From positions 34,185-98,184 of IMG/VR virus record IMGVR_UViG_3300013382_000001: a stretch of DNA of 64,000 nucleotides; one strand, written 5' to 3'. Made by a program: the position numbers and the translations under genes. Shown here piece by piece: positions 10,632-20,642 of this stretch. The number at the start of each line of letters is the position of its first letter. Position 1 is the stretch's first letter. This stretch comes from a virus (lineage: Duplodnaviria; Caudoviricetes). The notes beneath the pieces were generated by a model. It searched no databases, was not told where the DNA came from, and saw only the letters and a list, made by a program, of their open reading frames with translations.

Positions 10632-12035
10632 ATGATAAGTAAATGTAATCTTAATCAATGTGCAAAAAAAATTTCAGGTATATCTTTTTATCCTACAAGA
10701 GAGACAACTTATGTGCCAGCTCGTTCTTCATATTTACAAGATAATGGTATAGTCAAAAAAGTTATTAATTTAAACACATTGAGTATTATTAAGAATAAAA
10801 CAATTTTTGGTGTTTCAGGGAGTGTTCAGACTTATCAGTATAAAATTGCTTCTCACTCTTCATATGTAGGTGGTGTAACTGTCGCAGATTATAGCGTAAT
10901 TCACAAGGGAGGAGATACAGAATATAGGAGTATTACCCCTATATCTCGTCAACCCCAACAAATATCTTTTTCTACAGCACCATGTTACCCCACAAAAATG
11001 GGGTGTGTTTTTTCTGATTATATTACAAAGAACTTACAGCTTTTAGGAGTCAAAAATAATTATATATATATGCTCAATGATAATCAATGGATTATTTGTC
11101 AAATAAGAAATACAGAAACTTATACGTGGCAAAAAAACATAAACATAATTGATACTTCTACCATTAGAGCATACTGCGATGATACAGGTCTTTATTTGTA
11201 TGCTGATAATATTTTAAGGAAATACGCCGTTGATGATGGTAATGTAACATGGACAAAACAAATGGCTATAGATTATTTCAAAGTTACTCAGGATAGTATC
11301 GTTATTGCTTTATCTGCTAATAATGTGTATTATATTGATTCAAATTCGGGCAATATATTACATACCTACAAACAATCCTTTTTTTCTGTTGGTAGAGATA
11401 ACATATCCATTGATTGGATTTCGGGTTATGTGGTCATGCATAATATCTCTAACAACAATCAAGCATATAGAGTCATTGTCCTTAATAAAGATGGTGAGGT
11501 TTTGTATAATTTAACAAGTGGGTTTCCATTTCTCTATGATAACATACAAACAATTGCGATTTTATCAAATCAAAAACTGGTTGTCGTTTATAAAGCTATA
11601 GATACATATGGTAATATAACACACACGATGGGGGCATTAATAACCTTGTCAACATTAACATATACTCTTTTAGACTATGATTATACGCCTTATCAAACGA
11701 TTTGTAGCGACGACATTCAGGAAGTGGTTTCTCCAAATGGTAATGGCATATATACTGTTTTGTCTACAGGTTCGGCTACTGGTTTGGAAAATAAAATTAT
11801 AGTTACGAGAATGCAAATTACAAACGGTAGAGCAGGATTCAATCAAATATTAGAGAATAAGGTTACACAAAATCTACCTTTTATGCCTTCTTGCTGTTTT
11901 GATAACAACAAAATATATTATATTGCAAATGACGAAGCTAATTCACAAACAAATCGAATTATGGGGATGTGTGATAATTATGGCTGTGCAACATATTTTA
12001 TAGATACTGTTTATATATTAGATAGATATGATTAA
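10632..12035 (+). CDS. Putative receptor-binding tail-tip protein (beta-propeller-like)
   Basis: N-terminus resembles that of 9309-10631 (PT.ET...P...SYL...NL...I.K.KTIFGVSG). PQQ-like motifs AVDDGNVTW and IDSNSGNIL. Confidence 0.5.
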   Translation: MISKCNLNQCAKKISGISFYPTRETTYVPARSSYLQDNGIVKKVINLNTLSIIKNKTIFGVSGSVQTYQYKIASHSSYVGGVTVADYSVIHKGGDTEYRSITPISRQPQQISFSTAPCYPTKMGCVFSDYITKNLQLLGVKNNYIYMLNDNQWIICQIRNTETYTWQKNINIIDTSTIRAYCDDTGLYLYADNILRKYAVDDGNVTWTKQMAIDYFKVTQDSIVIALSANNVYYIDSNSGNILHTYKQSFFSVGRDNISIDWISGYVVMHNISNNNQAYRVIVLNKDGEVLYNLTSGFPFLYDNIQTIAILSNQKLVVVYKAIDTYGNITHTMGALITLSTLTYTLLDYDYTPYQTICSDDIQEVVSPNGNGIYTVLSTGSATGLENKIIVTRMQITNGRAGFNQILENKVTQNLPFMPSCCFDNNKIYYIANDEANSQTNRIMGMCDNYGCATYFIDTVYILDRYD

Positions 12036-12054
12036 ATAGCAAGGGGGTAAATAT

Positions 12055-12414
12055 ATGATTGGATTCTAGTTTGTTGTCTACGGCTCTGCCACTAAACAGT
12101 GAAACTGTAGAACTACCTGCGTATGACGCGGATATCAAACCGAATACCTTTGTGTCGATTGCAGATACGCAAGCAGATTCTTGGATTACAGAGCTTCAAG
12201 ACAACACAATAGTAGAAGACAGTAGCTCTAATGATGCAACGCAAGCACAATTTTTCAGTATAGACACAACGCATTTTGCATTGATGTATTTCACAAACAG
12301 TTATACATTGTAAAAATTGCAAAGGTCAATACAGACGGAACATGTGAAATTATACACACCTTCTCTGACAACAGTAGTTATAATTACACAAACAAAATAG
12401 ATGAAGTAGAATAG
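12055..12414 (+). pseudogene. Frameshifted, truncated tail-tip-like gene
   Basis: RBS aagggggt, then ATG ATT GGA TTC TAG. The body is in another frame (12059-12313), and the tail returns to the leader frame (YIVKIAKVNTDG...EVE*). Confidence 0.5.
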
Positions 12415-12423
12415 GAGGAAAAA

Positions 12424-12837
12424 ATGTCATGCGTAAATTTACTTATTAGCCACAATATAATCATTCAAGGTTCAACCCCAACTCTCTGTCTTCACCTTGA
12501 TTATGATATATCAGACCCACAGACAGAGGAAGAGGCAGAATATAAAGATTATTATGACACGACCGTAATTATCAAATATAGCCTTACTGATTATCTTTAT
12601 TATACATCTCAAAACGACCTCACAATTCTGCCCGATGTTATTGATGAAGAATCATGTTCGTGTGAGTGTCAACAAGGATGCACGATTTTTCTTGATTTAT
12701 CTCAAGAAGATACAATTAAATTCAAGAAGCAAATTTATATACAAGTTATTGCCAAGAATAAAAATAGCGGAGCTGTGTTGGAAACATTTGAAGTTCCGAT
12801 TAATATATGTAGAAAATTAGATAGGAAGGTGATATAG
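12424..12837 (+). CDS. Tail-associated protein (BppU N-terminal-like)
   Basis: IIQGSTPTL...LSQEDT.KF....IQV pattern; AGGAGG RBS. Confidence 0.45.
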   Translation: MSCVNLLISHNIIIQGSTPTLCLHLDYDISDPQTEEEAEYKDYYDTTVIIKYSLTDYLYYTSQNDLTILPDVIDEESCSCECQQGCTIFLDLSQEDTIKFKKQIYIQVIAKNKNSGAVLETFEVPINICRKLDRKVI

Positions 12838-13199
12838 TGGGAAATTGTAATTGTGGGTCAAATACAACGAATATGTGTATTCCCAATAAGCCTCTAAATG
12901 ATTCATACAATTATAATAATTTACGAAATAAACCCGAAATCAATGGTGTTTCCCTTATGGGAAAACAGACATCGGTTGATTTAGGGCTTTATGGGGAAGG
13001 AAATCCCGAAACATATGCATTTGAACAGAAAGTTGCAAGTGCGCTCTGGCACATTGAACATAATTTGAAAAAGTTTCCAAGTGTAACTGTTGCTGATTCC
13101 GCAGGTAATATTGTAGTCGGTGAAGTTATATATATAGATGAGGGAGCTTTAGAGATTGCTTTTAGTGGTGCTTTTAGTGGCATTTGTTATTTAAACTAA
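12837..13199 (+). CDS. Tail fibre-associated small protein
   Basis: YNNLRNKPEINGVSL and WHIEHNLKKFPSVTV motifs, typical of fibre/collar proteins. Confidence 0.55.
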   Translation: MGNCNCGSNTTNMCIPNKPLNDSYNYNNLRNKPEINGVSLMGKQTSVDLGLYGEGNPETYAFEQKVASALWHIEHNLKKFPSVTVADSAGNIVVGEVIYIDEGALEIAFSGAFSGICYLN

Positions 13200-13223
13200 T
13201 TTTTATTTAGGAGGAAACCCCTT

Positions 13224-15089
13224 ATGAAATTTTTAACATCTATTAACTTATTACAGAACGAATTACAAAATGCAGTTATTCAACCTTTAGCTGTTGCACC
13301 AGAAAACCCAGTTGAGGGTCAAATTTATTATAATTCTACAAAGAAAACTCTCGAACAGTATGATGGAGCTAATTGGAATGTAGTAGGTAAAGAATATACA
13401 TTACCGACAGCAAGTGCTGACGTTCTTGGTGGTATCAAAGTTGGTGCAGGATTACAGATTTCTGACCAAGGCACTCTTTCCACAACTGGTGGCGGTGTTG
13501 CTGATTCCGTTGAATGGACAGGCGTACTTGATACACCGACCGATTTAGCAGGATATGGAATTACTGACGCTAAGATTGAAAATGGTGTAATCACATTAGG
13601 TAAAACCACAATTACACCTGTAACAACTGTAAATGGTAAGACTGGCAATACAGTTACACTTACAGCTGCGGATGTTAAGGCACTTGCTGATGATACTACT
13701 TATGTGGAATCTGTTGACGGACAAAGTGGAGTAGTTACGACAAATGCTGTTAAGTATACAACTCAAACTTTAACTGATGAACAGAAGCAACAGGCAAGAA
13801 CAAATATCGGAGCAGGAACTTCGAGCTTTGATGGCGATTATAATAGCTTATCTAACACGCCAACTATCGATACAGCTTTAAGTGCAACTTCTACGAACGC
13901 TGTTGAAAACAAAGCTGTGACAGCTGAACTTAACAAGAAATATGATGAAACTAATCAACCACCATATCCTGTAACAAGTGTAGCTGGTAAGACTGGTGCA
14001 GTTACGCTTGCTAAAGGCGATGTTGGTTTAGGTAATGTTGCAAATGTTCTCCAATATTCTGCTGATAACGAACCGCCTTATCCTGTAACAAGTGTTGATG
14101 GTGAAACGGGTGCGGTTGTACTGAGCGATGTTAAGTATACAGAACAGACTTTAAGTGAAGCTCAGAAGACTCAAGCAAGAACTAATATTGGTGCAGGCAC
14201 AAGCTCCTTCTCTGGCAGTTATAATGACTTAGATGATAAGCCAACTGTTGATACTGCTATGAGTGCAGACTCCACAAATGCAGTTCAGAACAAGGTTATC
14301 AAAGCTTATGTTGATGGTATTGTAGCAGCAAGCCAAGGTATTGTTTATAAGGGAACAATTAATAAGACGGATGATATTCCTACAACTTATAATGTTGGCG
14401 ACCTCTATATGATTGCAACCGCAGGTACTTATGTAGGACAAGTATGTGAAGTTGGAGATTTGATGATTGCTGTTGTAGAAAGGAAAGGTACAGGTAACCA
14501 AAATTCTGACTGGGATGTTATTCAGACGAATATTGATGGTGCAATCACTGAAATTACTGGTGACGCTCCGATTTCTGTAACTGGAACAGGTGCAAGTAGA
14601 GAAATTGCTCTTGCTGATTCTGGTGTAACAACTGGTGGATATGGTGATACTGCTAATCAAACTCCTGCATTTGGTGCAACATTCAAAGTTCCAAGCTTTA
14701 CAGTTGACCAATATGGTAGATTGACAGCAGCAGGTGAACACACAGTAACCATTCCGGCAACTGTTGCAACAGATACGGTAGCAGGTATTATGAGTGCCGC
14801 AGACCACAAGAAATTAACTAATGGTCTTGCTGATATTGGAACATTAAAAACTGATGTAGAGACACTTAAGGGCAAAGATGTAACTAAATATGTTGTTACT
14901 ATTCCAACAGGACAAACAACTGCAACTGCTACGATTGCGGAAAGTGTTGATGTTCTTTCTGTGATCGCTACAAATAATACAACAGGTGAAGAAGTAATGA
15001 TTGATAGTTCTGTAAGTGGCACAACATTTACAGCTTCTATTGCTAAATCTGTTGGTTATGCTGTAAAGGTAGTTGTTACTGTATTATAA
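13224..15089 (+). CDS. Long tail fibre protein with internal repeats
   Basis: Repeated VTSVxGKTGAVxL and QTL...QARTNIGAGTSSF.G.YN.L...PT.D units; LPTAS..VLGGIKVG; VDQYGRLT. Confidence 0.75.
   Translation: MKFLTSINLLQNELQNAVIQPLAVAPENPVEGQIYYNSTKKTLEQYDGANWNVVGKEYTLPTASADVLGGIKVGAGLQISDQGTLSTTGGGVADSVEWTGVLDTPTDLAGYGITDAKIENGVITLGKTTITPVTTVNGKTGNTVTLTAADVKALADDTTYVESVDGQSGVVTTNAVKYTTQTLTDEQKQQARTNIGAGTSSFDGDYNSLSNTPTIDTALSATSTNAVENKAVTAELNKKYDETNQPPYPVTSVAGKTGAVTLAKGDVGLGNVANVLQYSADNEPPYPVTSVDGETGAVVLSDVKYTEQTLSEAQKTQARTNIGAGTSSFSGSYNDLDDKPTVDTAMSADSTNAVQNKVIKAYVDGIVAASQGIVYKGTINKTDDIPTTYNVGDLYMIATAGTYVGQVCEVGDLMIAVVERKGTGNQNSDWDVIQTNIDGAITEITGDAPISVTGTGASREIALADSGVTTGGYGDTANQTPAFGATFKVPSFTVDQYGRLTAAGEHTVTIPATVATDTVAGIMSAADHKKLTNGLADIGTLKTDVETLKGKDVTKYVVTIPTGQTTATATIAESVDVLSVIATNNTTGEEVMIDSSVSGTTFTASIAKSVGYAVKVVVTVL
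13750..14310 (+). repeat. Internal duplicated fibre repeat units
   Basis: Two copies of VKYT.QTL...QARTNIGAGTSSF.G.YN.L...PT.DTA.SA.STNAV.NK, and two PPYPVTSV units (tatcctgtaacaagtgt twice). Confidence 0.75.
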
Positions 15090-15111
15090 TATGACTTAAA
15101 AAGGAGGGTCT

Positions 15112-16350
15112 TTGACCATGAAAAATTTAGGGGCAATTTCAGACCCGAAAGACATAATTACAAAAGAATATTTAGATGAGGGTATTGGCAAAACTGTCAA
15201 TACCCTTGAAGATAATGTACAAATGGCTGAAAGTGATATTGAGTCACTTCAGACTGATGTTGGCACATTACAAACAGATAATACTGCAACAAAGGCAGCT
15301 GTTAAAACCTTACAAGATACATATGTGCCGAATACCAGGAAGGTGAATGGTAAGGCGCTTGATGTCGATATAGAATTAACTGCTTTCGATGTAGGTACTC
15401 AACCCGCTGAATGGGAGTGGAAGGGCGACCGTGCTTATGGCTTGGTTATCGGCACAGGAAGCGGACACGACGTTGAAATAGGTCAAATGACAGTGGAAAC
15501 GACCGAAGATAGTTATGTTGCTTATTATTATGGTCGTTATGTGGATAATTCTTATATTAAGACATCTTTTGATTCTGCATCAAGTTATCGAGCTGTTGAA
15601 GTATCAATCGAGCCGACTACTGATATGGGGATTGTTAATAAAAAGTTTTTAGAAACTCAACTTGCGAATATATCTATTCCAACAAAAACCTCACAGCTCA
15701 CTAATGATAGTGGGTTCCTTACTTCTGCCCCAGTCACTAGTGTAAACAGTAAGACAGGGGCTGTGAAACTTACGGCTTCTGATGTGGGGGCATTATCGTT
15801 AAATGACGGTGGTTCAGTTGGTGGTGGCGTTACCTTCAATGGTAGCGTTATTATAAATGGTGGTGTTAGTCTTAATGGTGTTTTAAAGACAGATATAGAT
15901 TTGGCAAATGCTCATATGTTAAAAAATGGAACAATAGAAAATGTTACCTTTAAAGAATGTACACTAAGTAGCGATTTTAATACAGGCGGTTATTCCATTG
16001 CAGGTCTTCCAACTCCTACATCCAGTTCTGAAGCTACCAATAAAGAATATGTTGATGGTCTTGCTATTCACACAGTTTTATCCACATCCGTTCCGACTAC
16101 AGCATGGGTAACTAACACTAACTCTCAAGCCACAACTCAAGAAAAAACGGATTTTCCATTTATGGCAACCATATCCATTTCGGGTATGACTACGAATTTT
16201 GGTGTTGATGTGTTATTGACTTATGATGACCAAATAAGTGGTAATTTCTGTTCATGTGTATATTCTACATCTGGTGGCGTTATTATTGAGGCTAAGGAAA
16301 AACCAACTACTACAATCACAATTCCTGTGATTCGTTATTGGAAATCTTGA
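15112..16350 (+). CDS. Tail fibre protein with C-terminal adaptor-like domain
   Basis: VPNTRKVNGKAL, IPTKTSQLTNDSGF, ATNKEYVD fibre motifs; C-terminal VPTTAWV...DFPFMATI...KPTTTITIP. Confidence 0.72.
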   Translation: MTMKNLGAISDPKDIITKEYLDEGIGKTVNTLEDNVQMAESDIESLQTDVGTLQTDNTATKAAVKTLQDTYVPNTRKVNGKALDVDIELTAFDVGTQPAEWEWKGDRAYGLVIGTGSGHDVEIGQMTVETTEDSYVAYYYGRYVDNSYIKTSFDSASSYRAVEVSIEPTTDMGIVNKKFLETQLANISIPTKTSQLTNDSGFLTSAPVTSVNSKTGAVKLTASDVGALSLNDGGSVGGGVTFNGSVIINGGVSLNGVLKTDIDLANAHMLKNGTIENVTFKECTLSSDFNTGGYSIAGLPTPTSSSEATNKEYVDGLAIHTVLSTSVPTTAWVTNTNSQATTQEKTDFPFMATISISGMTTNFGVDVLLTYDDQISGNFCSCVYSTSGGVIIEAKEKPTTTITIPVIRYWKS

Positions 16351-16375
16351 TAAAAACAACAAAAAAAAGGAGTAC

Positions 16376-16778
16376 ATGATTATGATAGGACGGGCTAATA
16401 TATTAAATAATGTTTCGGGGGGGGGGGGGGGGGGATCATTGTTGATATCAAAAAGGATATAGACCTTCCAATCAAAGTTGATTTTATACCAACATTTGTT
16501 GGTATAAATGATAAAACATATAGTGGGTAACTCTTTCGAGATTTATATTAGGTTGTAGTGATGTATACATTATAAATACTGATTTACCTCAAAGTATTTT
16601 GTCGGAAGATGTTCATATATCTTATAAATTTACTGACGCGTTAGATTATAGAACTAAAATGATTTGGGTGTATTCAACCACATCTCAAATGTTGAATAGG
16701 TATATCGATAACGGATCTATATATTCAATATCGCCTATGTCTGATATAGATTTCTTACTTATATGTCAAACGAATTAA
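16376..16778 (+). pseudogene. Poly-G interrupted tail-tip-like gene (MIGRANILNNVSGGG...), currently out of frame
   Basis: AAGGAG RBS; leader, then G18 (16417-16434). Continuation GIIVDIKK...TYSG lies in the -1 frame. A further shift at ggg 16525-16527 leads to VTLSRFILG...ICQTN*. Confidence 0.6.
16417..16434 (+). repeat. G18 homopolymer
   Basis: Directly visible. Confidence 0.9.
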
Positions 16779-16799
16779 ATTAATAAAAGGAGGTATTAA

Positions 16800-17696
16800 A
16801 TGGCTAAATTTTGCGGAGGCTTCAAGTTTAACCCAACAAGCCTCAAGTTGATAAAGGGGATTCTTTGCCTTTCCGATGCTCAAGATGCCGATATAACAAA
16901 AGCCGTGACTGGCTGCGGGCAGATGTGGGATGGAGAGACATTTAAAATTGTAAAAGTCGATGGTTATAAACCATGCATTACATTGAAAACAAATGGTCAT
17001 CCTGTTCAAAATATACTTATAGGAAATTGCGGTATTAGTTTGGATGGTGAATTCTTTATGAAGGACTCATCCACACAAGCCGTTAGTGTAGTCAACGGTT
17101 ATATTTTGAAGATTACAGTTATTCCATCATCTGCACAAGTTGTAGTAATGAACGAAGCTCAAGAGGTCATTCAGCCAACAGGCATTAATACATACACTTT
17201 GAGTGACATTGATGCAAAATATAGTGTGACTGTCAGTGAAAAAGGATATATTGGACAAAGTAGAACAATTGTGAATAATCAAAACCAGAGTTTGATTTTG
17301 ATGTTAAGTAATGTTCTGTCACTTTACAATGGTAGCATTGATATTCAAAACAAGGCGACTTATGGCGATGTAGACCAATATGTAGTATCGTTCCCTACTC
17401 CAATTGCATTTGAAACAGGTCAACAATATCAAGTAACCTTTGATCATAAAAAATATATTGTGACAGCGCAAAGTGCAGCAAACACTGATGTAACAGGTTC
17501 TTATACGCTTGTATATTTAGGTACTACAAATGGTGATATTAAAATTGGTACAGCTGGAACAATTGAGAATCCATCCTTCACTGATTATCCATTTATGTTG
17601 AAAACTAAGATAGATGATAAAGGTGAATTAGAATCTACATCGATTTCTGCTACTAAAGCAGGTAATTATGAACTTAAAATTATTCCATGGGAATAA
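16800..17696 (+). CDS. Hypothetical virion-associated protein (Ig/PEGA-like segment)
   Basis: AAGGAGG RBS; LKITVIPSSAQVVV...YSVTVSEKGY pattern. Confidence 0.5.
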   Translation: MAKFCGGFKFNPTSLKLIKGILCLSDAQDADITKAVTGCGQMWDGETFKIVKVDGYKPCITLKTNGHPVQNILIGNCGISLDGEFFMKDSSTQAVSVVNGYILKITVIPSSAQVVVMNEAQEVIQPTGINTYTLSDIDAKYSVTVSEKGYIGQSRTIVNNQNQSLILMLSNVLSLYNGSIDIQNKATYGDVDQYVVSFPTPIAFETGQQYQVTFDHKKYIVTAQSAANTDVTGSYTLVYLGTTNGDIKIGTAGTIENPSFTDYPFMLKTKIDDKGELESTSISATKAGNYELKIIPWE

Positions 17697-17725
17697 AAAG
17701 ACAGAGAATCAACTCTGTCTTTTTT
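17695..17725. terminator. Bidirectional intrinsic terminator between convergent modules
   Basis: aaaaagacagag-aatcaa-ctctgtcttttt, with A and T tails on either side. Confidence 0.8.
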
Positions 17726-17907
17726 CGGATTCATTTAGATTCTATAATTGTTACATCTTTTATAGCATTTTCCTCTTTGGTCTTATGCCCCCATCATGCG
17801 ATTATTTCGCCCTAATACAATATGGACTATTATCTGCAAAAGCAAATAATGCAACATCTGGTTTACATAAACGGCATGTTTTACATACGCACGCATTGTT
17901 ATGAATG

Positions 17908-18390
17908 CTAATGGAGTTTTTTATCTGTTGGCAGTTTGACACCATTAGTACTACCGAATCCCCCATCTTTTCGTTCGCTATCAATCGTCATAATTTCTTC
18001 TTCTGTATATTCTTCAATCACTTTTTTTGGATTCGGAATAAGTACCCCTTGTGCAATTGCTTGAGTCAGATCAAGATTATAAGGTTTGTCTGTTGTGTTC
18101 TCTAAGCACACAATTATTTCCCCTCTATACCCACTATCAATAACGCCTGCTCTAAGTGCAATACCTTGTGAACCAAGTGAACTACGTTCCTTGAGAATCA
18201 TGCTATATTCTTTATCCATAGCCATAATAATACCAGTCGACAACTTTGCCACCATATGTGGTTCGAGCGTATATTGTAATTGAGACTGATTAAAATAGTA
18301 AAAATCTAATCCTAAATCTTCTTCCCTCCCTGTTGGAATTGTTGCTGTAGGTAAGCACTTAGCGAACTTAATTGTAGTAACATCTCTCAT
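17908..18390 (-). CDS. dut: dUTPase (trimeric type)
   Basis: GLDF, RSSLG, GVIDSGYRGEI, IAQG, RKDGGFGST motifs. Confidence 0.92.
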   Translation of the reverse strand: MRDVTTIKFAKCLPTATIPTGREEDLGLDFYYFNQSQLQYTLEPHMVAKLSTGIIMAMDKEYSMILKERSSLGSQGIALRAGVIDSGYRGEIIVCLENTTDKPYNLDLTQAIAQGVLIPNPKKVIEEYTEEEIMTIDSERKDGGFGSTNGVKLPTDKKLH

Positions 18391-19048
18391 AAAATTCGTT
18401 ATCCTCCTGTTCTTTCTTTATTTCTCGAATTGTATCAGCGTAAGCTTCGGCTGCATTAATACAAAATCTTACCAAACCATCATTAAATTCATTCCATGTG
18501 TAGTCACATATTGTTGTGGTATTCCATGGTTGTAAAATTTTAATAACGGCAAATGGTGGATTTTGCTTTAGCATAAACTTTTCTAGCGTTTCTGGTTTAT
18601 CATCAATGACGATATCTGCATCAAGCCTCCACTTTTCTTTCATGCAGATAATTTGGCTTGGTTTGATAAACGGAAACAACTCAAAAAAGCGGTTTAATTT
18701 AGCTGTAGCCGTTTTATAATGGGTATCCGTACAAATTATTAAGTCGATATTTTTGTGGGCATTGAGTGTATTTAACGCAGTTTTGATGGTTGGTGAAACA
18801 GTAATATTCTGCCAAAAGATATCATCAGCTAAAACATCCCAGAATAATTTTTTATTACTCGGATTAAGACGCTCTTCAATATCCCAAGAAGTTACCATTG
18901 ATTTATTGAGTGACTTATCGTGTTCATCGTCTAAAATAGCGTACTTATAACTTTGTGCCCGTCGTTTTTTATAAGTTGTAATCCAGTTTTCCACTAAATC
19001 CCATATACAATCATCAATATCTATCATTATGGTAATTTTGTCATACAT
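18368..19048 (-). CDS. 5'(3')-deoxyribonucleotidase (NT5C-like HAD)
   Basis: IDIDDC motif I and IVIDDKP motif IV. Confidence 0.8.
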   Translation of the reverse strand: MYDKITIMIDIDDCIWDLVENWITTYKKRRAQSYKYAILDDEHDKSLNKSMVTSWDIEERLNPSNKKLFWDVLADDIFWQNITVSPTIKTALNTLNAHKNIDLIICTDTHYKTATAKLNRFFELFPFIKPSQIICMKEKWRLDADIVIDDKPETLEKFMLKQNPPFAVIKILQPWNTTTICDYTWNEFNDGLVRFCINAAEAYADTIREIKKEQEDNEFYERCYYN

Positions 19049-19653
19049 TTTTTTTCTCCTTGATAATAATGGTCTAATTCTGCCATGCTCATAAGATGGT
19101 AAATTTGAAGCCCGGCCTTTTCAATAGTGTCATTTAAATTGTTAGTAACTGCAAATGTATATTGCAAATTATCAAATTTTTTAACATCGTTTGTAATTCT
19201 AGCTCCGATAGTTTCGTCATCATCTCCTCTTATCTCCATACGTGCAGCACGAACATAAACACTTGCATAAAGATATATAGTTAAAAGCTCTTTATTTAAC
19301 CCATATTTTTCTTTATATTGTTTCAGAGTTTCAATTCCATCAGGGTCAATAATATAAATGTCTGAATTTTCAACTTGTTCTTTTGTTGCACAATATTTAT
19401 ATCCGTCAAATTCTGTATAGGCAACCTTATCCTCGAGAGCCTCAAATTCCTCTTCTGATATAAAAATATGTCCTTTTTCACCCTCAAATCTTGGTGGACG
19501 TGTGGTATAAGATTCTAAAACCTTCATATCAAAATTTTGTGCTACAAAGTTTGCAATCGATGTTTTACCACATCCCGATTCTCCGACAAGTAATGTCAAT
19601 ACTTTTTTATCATGATTTCTCATAATAATATTAACCATTTTTTGACTAATCAT
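19027..19653 (-). CDS. Guanylate kinase-like protein
   Basis: GESGCGKT P-loop, SYTTRPPR, E.GH.F. Confidence 0.85.
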   Translation of the reverse strand: MISQKMVNIIMRNHDKKVLTLLVGESGCGKTSIANFVAQNFDMKVLESYTTRPPRFEGEKGHIFISEEEFEALEDKVAYTEFDGYKYCATKEQVENSDIYIIDPDGIETLKQYKEKYGLNKELLTIYLYASVYVRAARMEIRGDDDETIGARITNDVKKFDNLQYTFAVTNNLNDTIEKAGLQIYHLMSMAELDHYYQGEKKCMTKLP

Positions 19654-19662
19654 AATTCCTCC

Positions 19663-20004
19663 TTAATCTTCCCATTCTTCCACTAAAATTAAGATTGTAT
19701 TGTATTCATCATCATTTGTAGCAGGGTTAAAATAAATTCCAACAATATCTTTGAAGGTAATTGCTCCTAAAAAATCCCTTTCTTTATTGCATATTGTTAT
19801 GCCTTCAGTTTTTAAAACAGTTAAATATGATTCAATCATATCTTTATGAATACGAGTGGCGAAATAATACTCTTTAAATTCAACATCATTTGCATTAATA
19901 TATTTAACTAAATAATAATTATCTACATTCATCATCTTTTCCACCTTCTTTCTTGCGATAATGTTCAAGCCATGCTTTTTCTTGAATTGTGTGTTCCATT
20001 CCAT
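19663..20004 (-). CDS. Hypothetical protein (start may be downstream)
   Basis: ORF in operon context. Confidence 0.45.
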   Translation of the reverse strand: MEWNTQFKKKHGLNIIARKKVEKMMNVDNYYLVKYINANDVEFKEYYFATRIHKDMIESYLTVLKTEGITICNKERDFLGAITFKDIVGIYFNPATNDDEYNTILILVEEWED

Positions 20005-20170
20005 AGAAAGCTTTATAATTCAACCAATAATAGTGTTGCAAATCATATTCATCTTGACTTAAAGTAATGAAATTTACATTTCTTTGTGCGCAAAATTCCT
20101 CAAAAGTCTTAGCAATCTTAGCTTTGAATTGTTTGTTGTTTTTCTTGCGTTTATTGTGACTGTAGCTCAT
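19919..20170 (-). CDS. Hypothetical protein
   Basis: AAGGAGG RBS; upstream TTGACA promoter-like site. Confidence 0.55.
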   Translation of the reverse strand: MSYSHNKRKKNNKQFKAKIAKTFEEFCAQRNVNFITLSQDEYDLQHYYWLNYKAFYGMEHTIQEKAWLEHYRKKEGGKDDECR

Positions 20171-20234
20171 ATTGTACCTCCTTTATTTTGTCACGAATAT
20201 TAATAATAAACGAGACAATTTGTCAAGGGAAAGA

Positions 20235-20642
20235 TTATTTATCTTTCCCTTTTTTCTTATGCGCTTTACGGACATCTTTAAGTTCAACCCAATGATTCTT
20301 GTCGTTGCGATAATCCTTAAGTTCCCAGTCATTGAACAACTTAGCCACTTCATCATTGCTCATGAGCTTCTTCAGTACACAAAACGCCAAGCCTGCATCT
20401 GGGTTGTAAAGGGTATCCTTTGGGCATACATTACGAGTTTCTGTACCATCGCTCCAAAAGACGATTGTGGCAGGATTATTGTAAAGAATTCTTTCAATAT
20501 AAACTTTGTTACCTAATACTCCATATACATCTTTTACATAAATTGGTGATAAAGTGCCTCCATATTCTGCTTTTTCTAATGGTTTAGTGTAAATAATTTC
20601 ATCCTTCATTTTGTTCTCCTTTCTTCTTATCCCATTTATCAT
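20235..20642 (-). CDS. Conserved phage hypothetical protein
   Basis: I.YNNPATIVFWSDGT.T...C...D.Y....G motif; probable start at MKDE. Confidence 0.65.
   Translation of the reverse strand: MINGIRRKENKMKDEIIYTKPLEKAEYGGTLSPIYVKDVYGVLGNKVYIERILYNNPATIVFWSDGTETRNVCPKDTLYNPDAGLAFCVLKKLMSNDEVAKLFNDWELKDYRNDKNHWVELKDVRKAHKKKGKDK

Noticed and set aside
12055-16778. Stop-codon reassignment as an explanation for the broken genes
   Set aside because: TAG, TGA and TAA all end normal genes here, and the breaks need frame changes rather than readthrough.
8600-17696. Invertase-type shufflon among the fibre genes
   Set aside because: All cassettes are on one strand, I saw no inverted recombination sites, and the only recombinase is 40 kb away.
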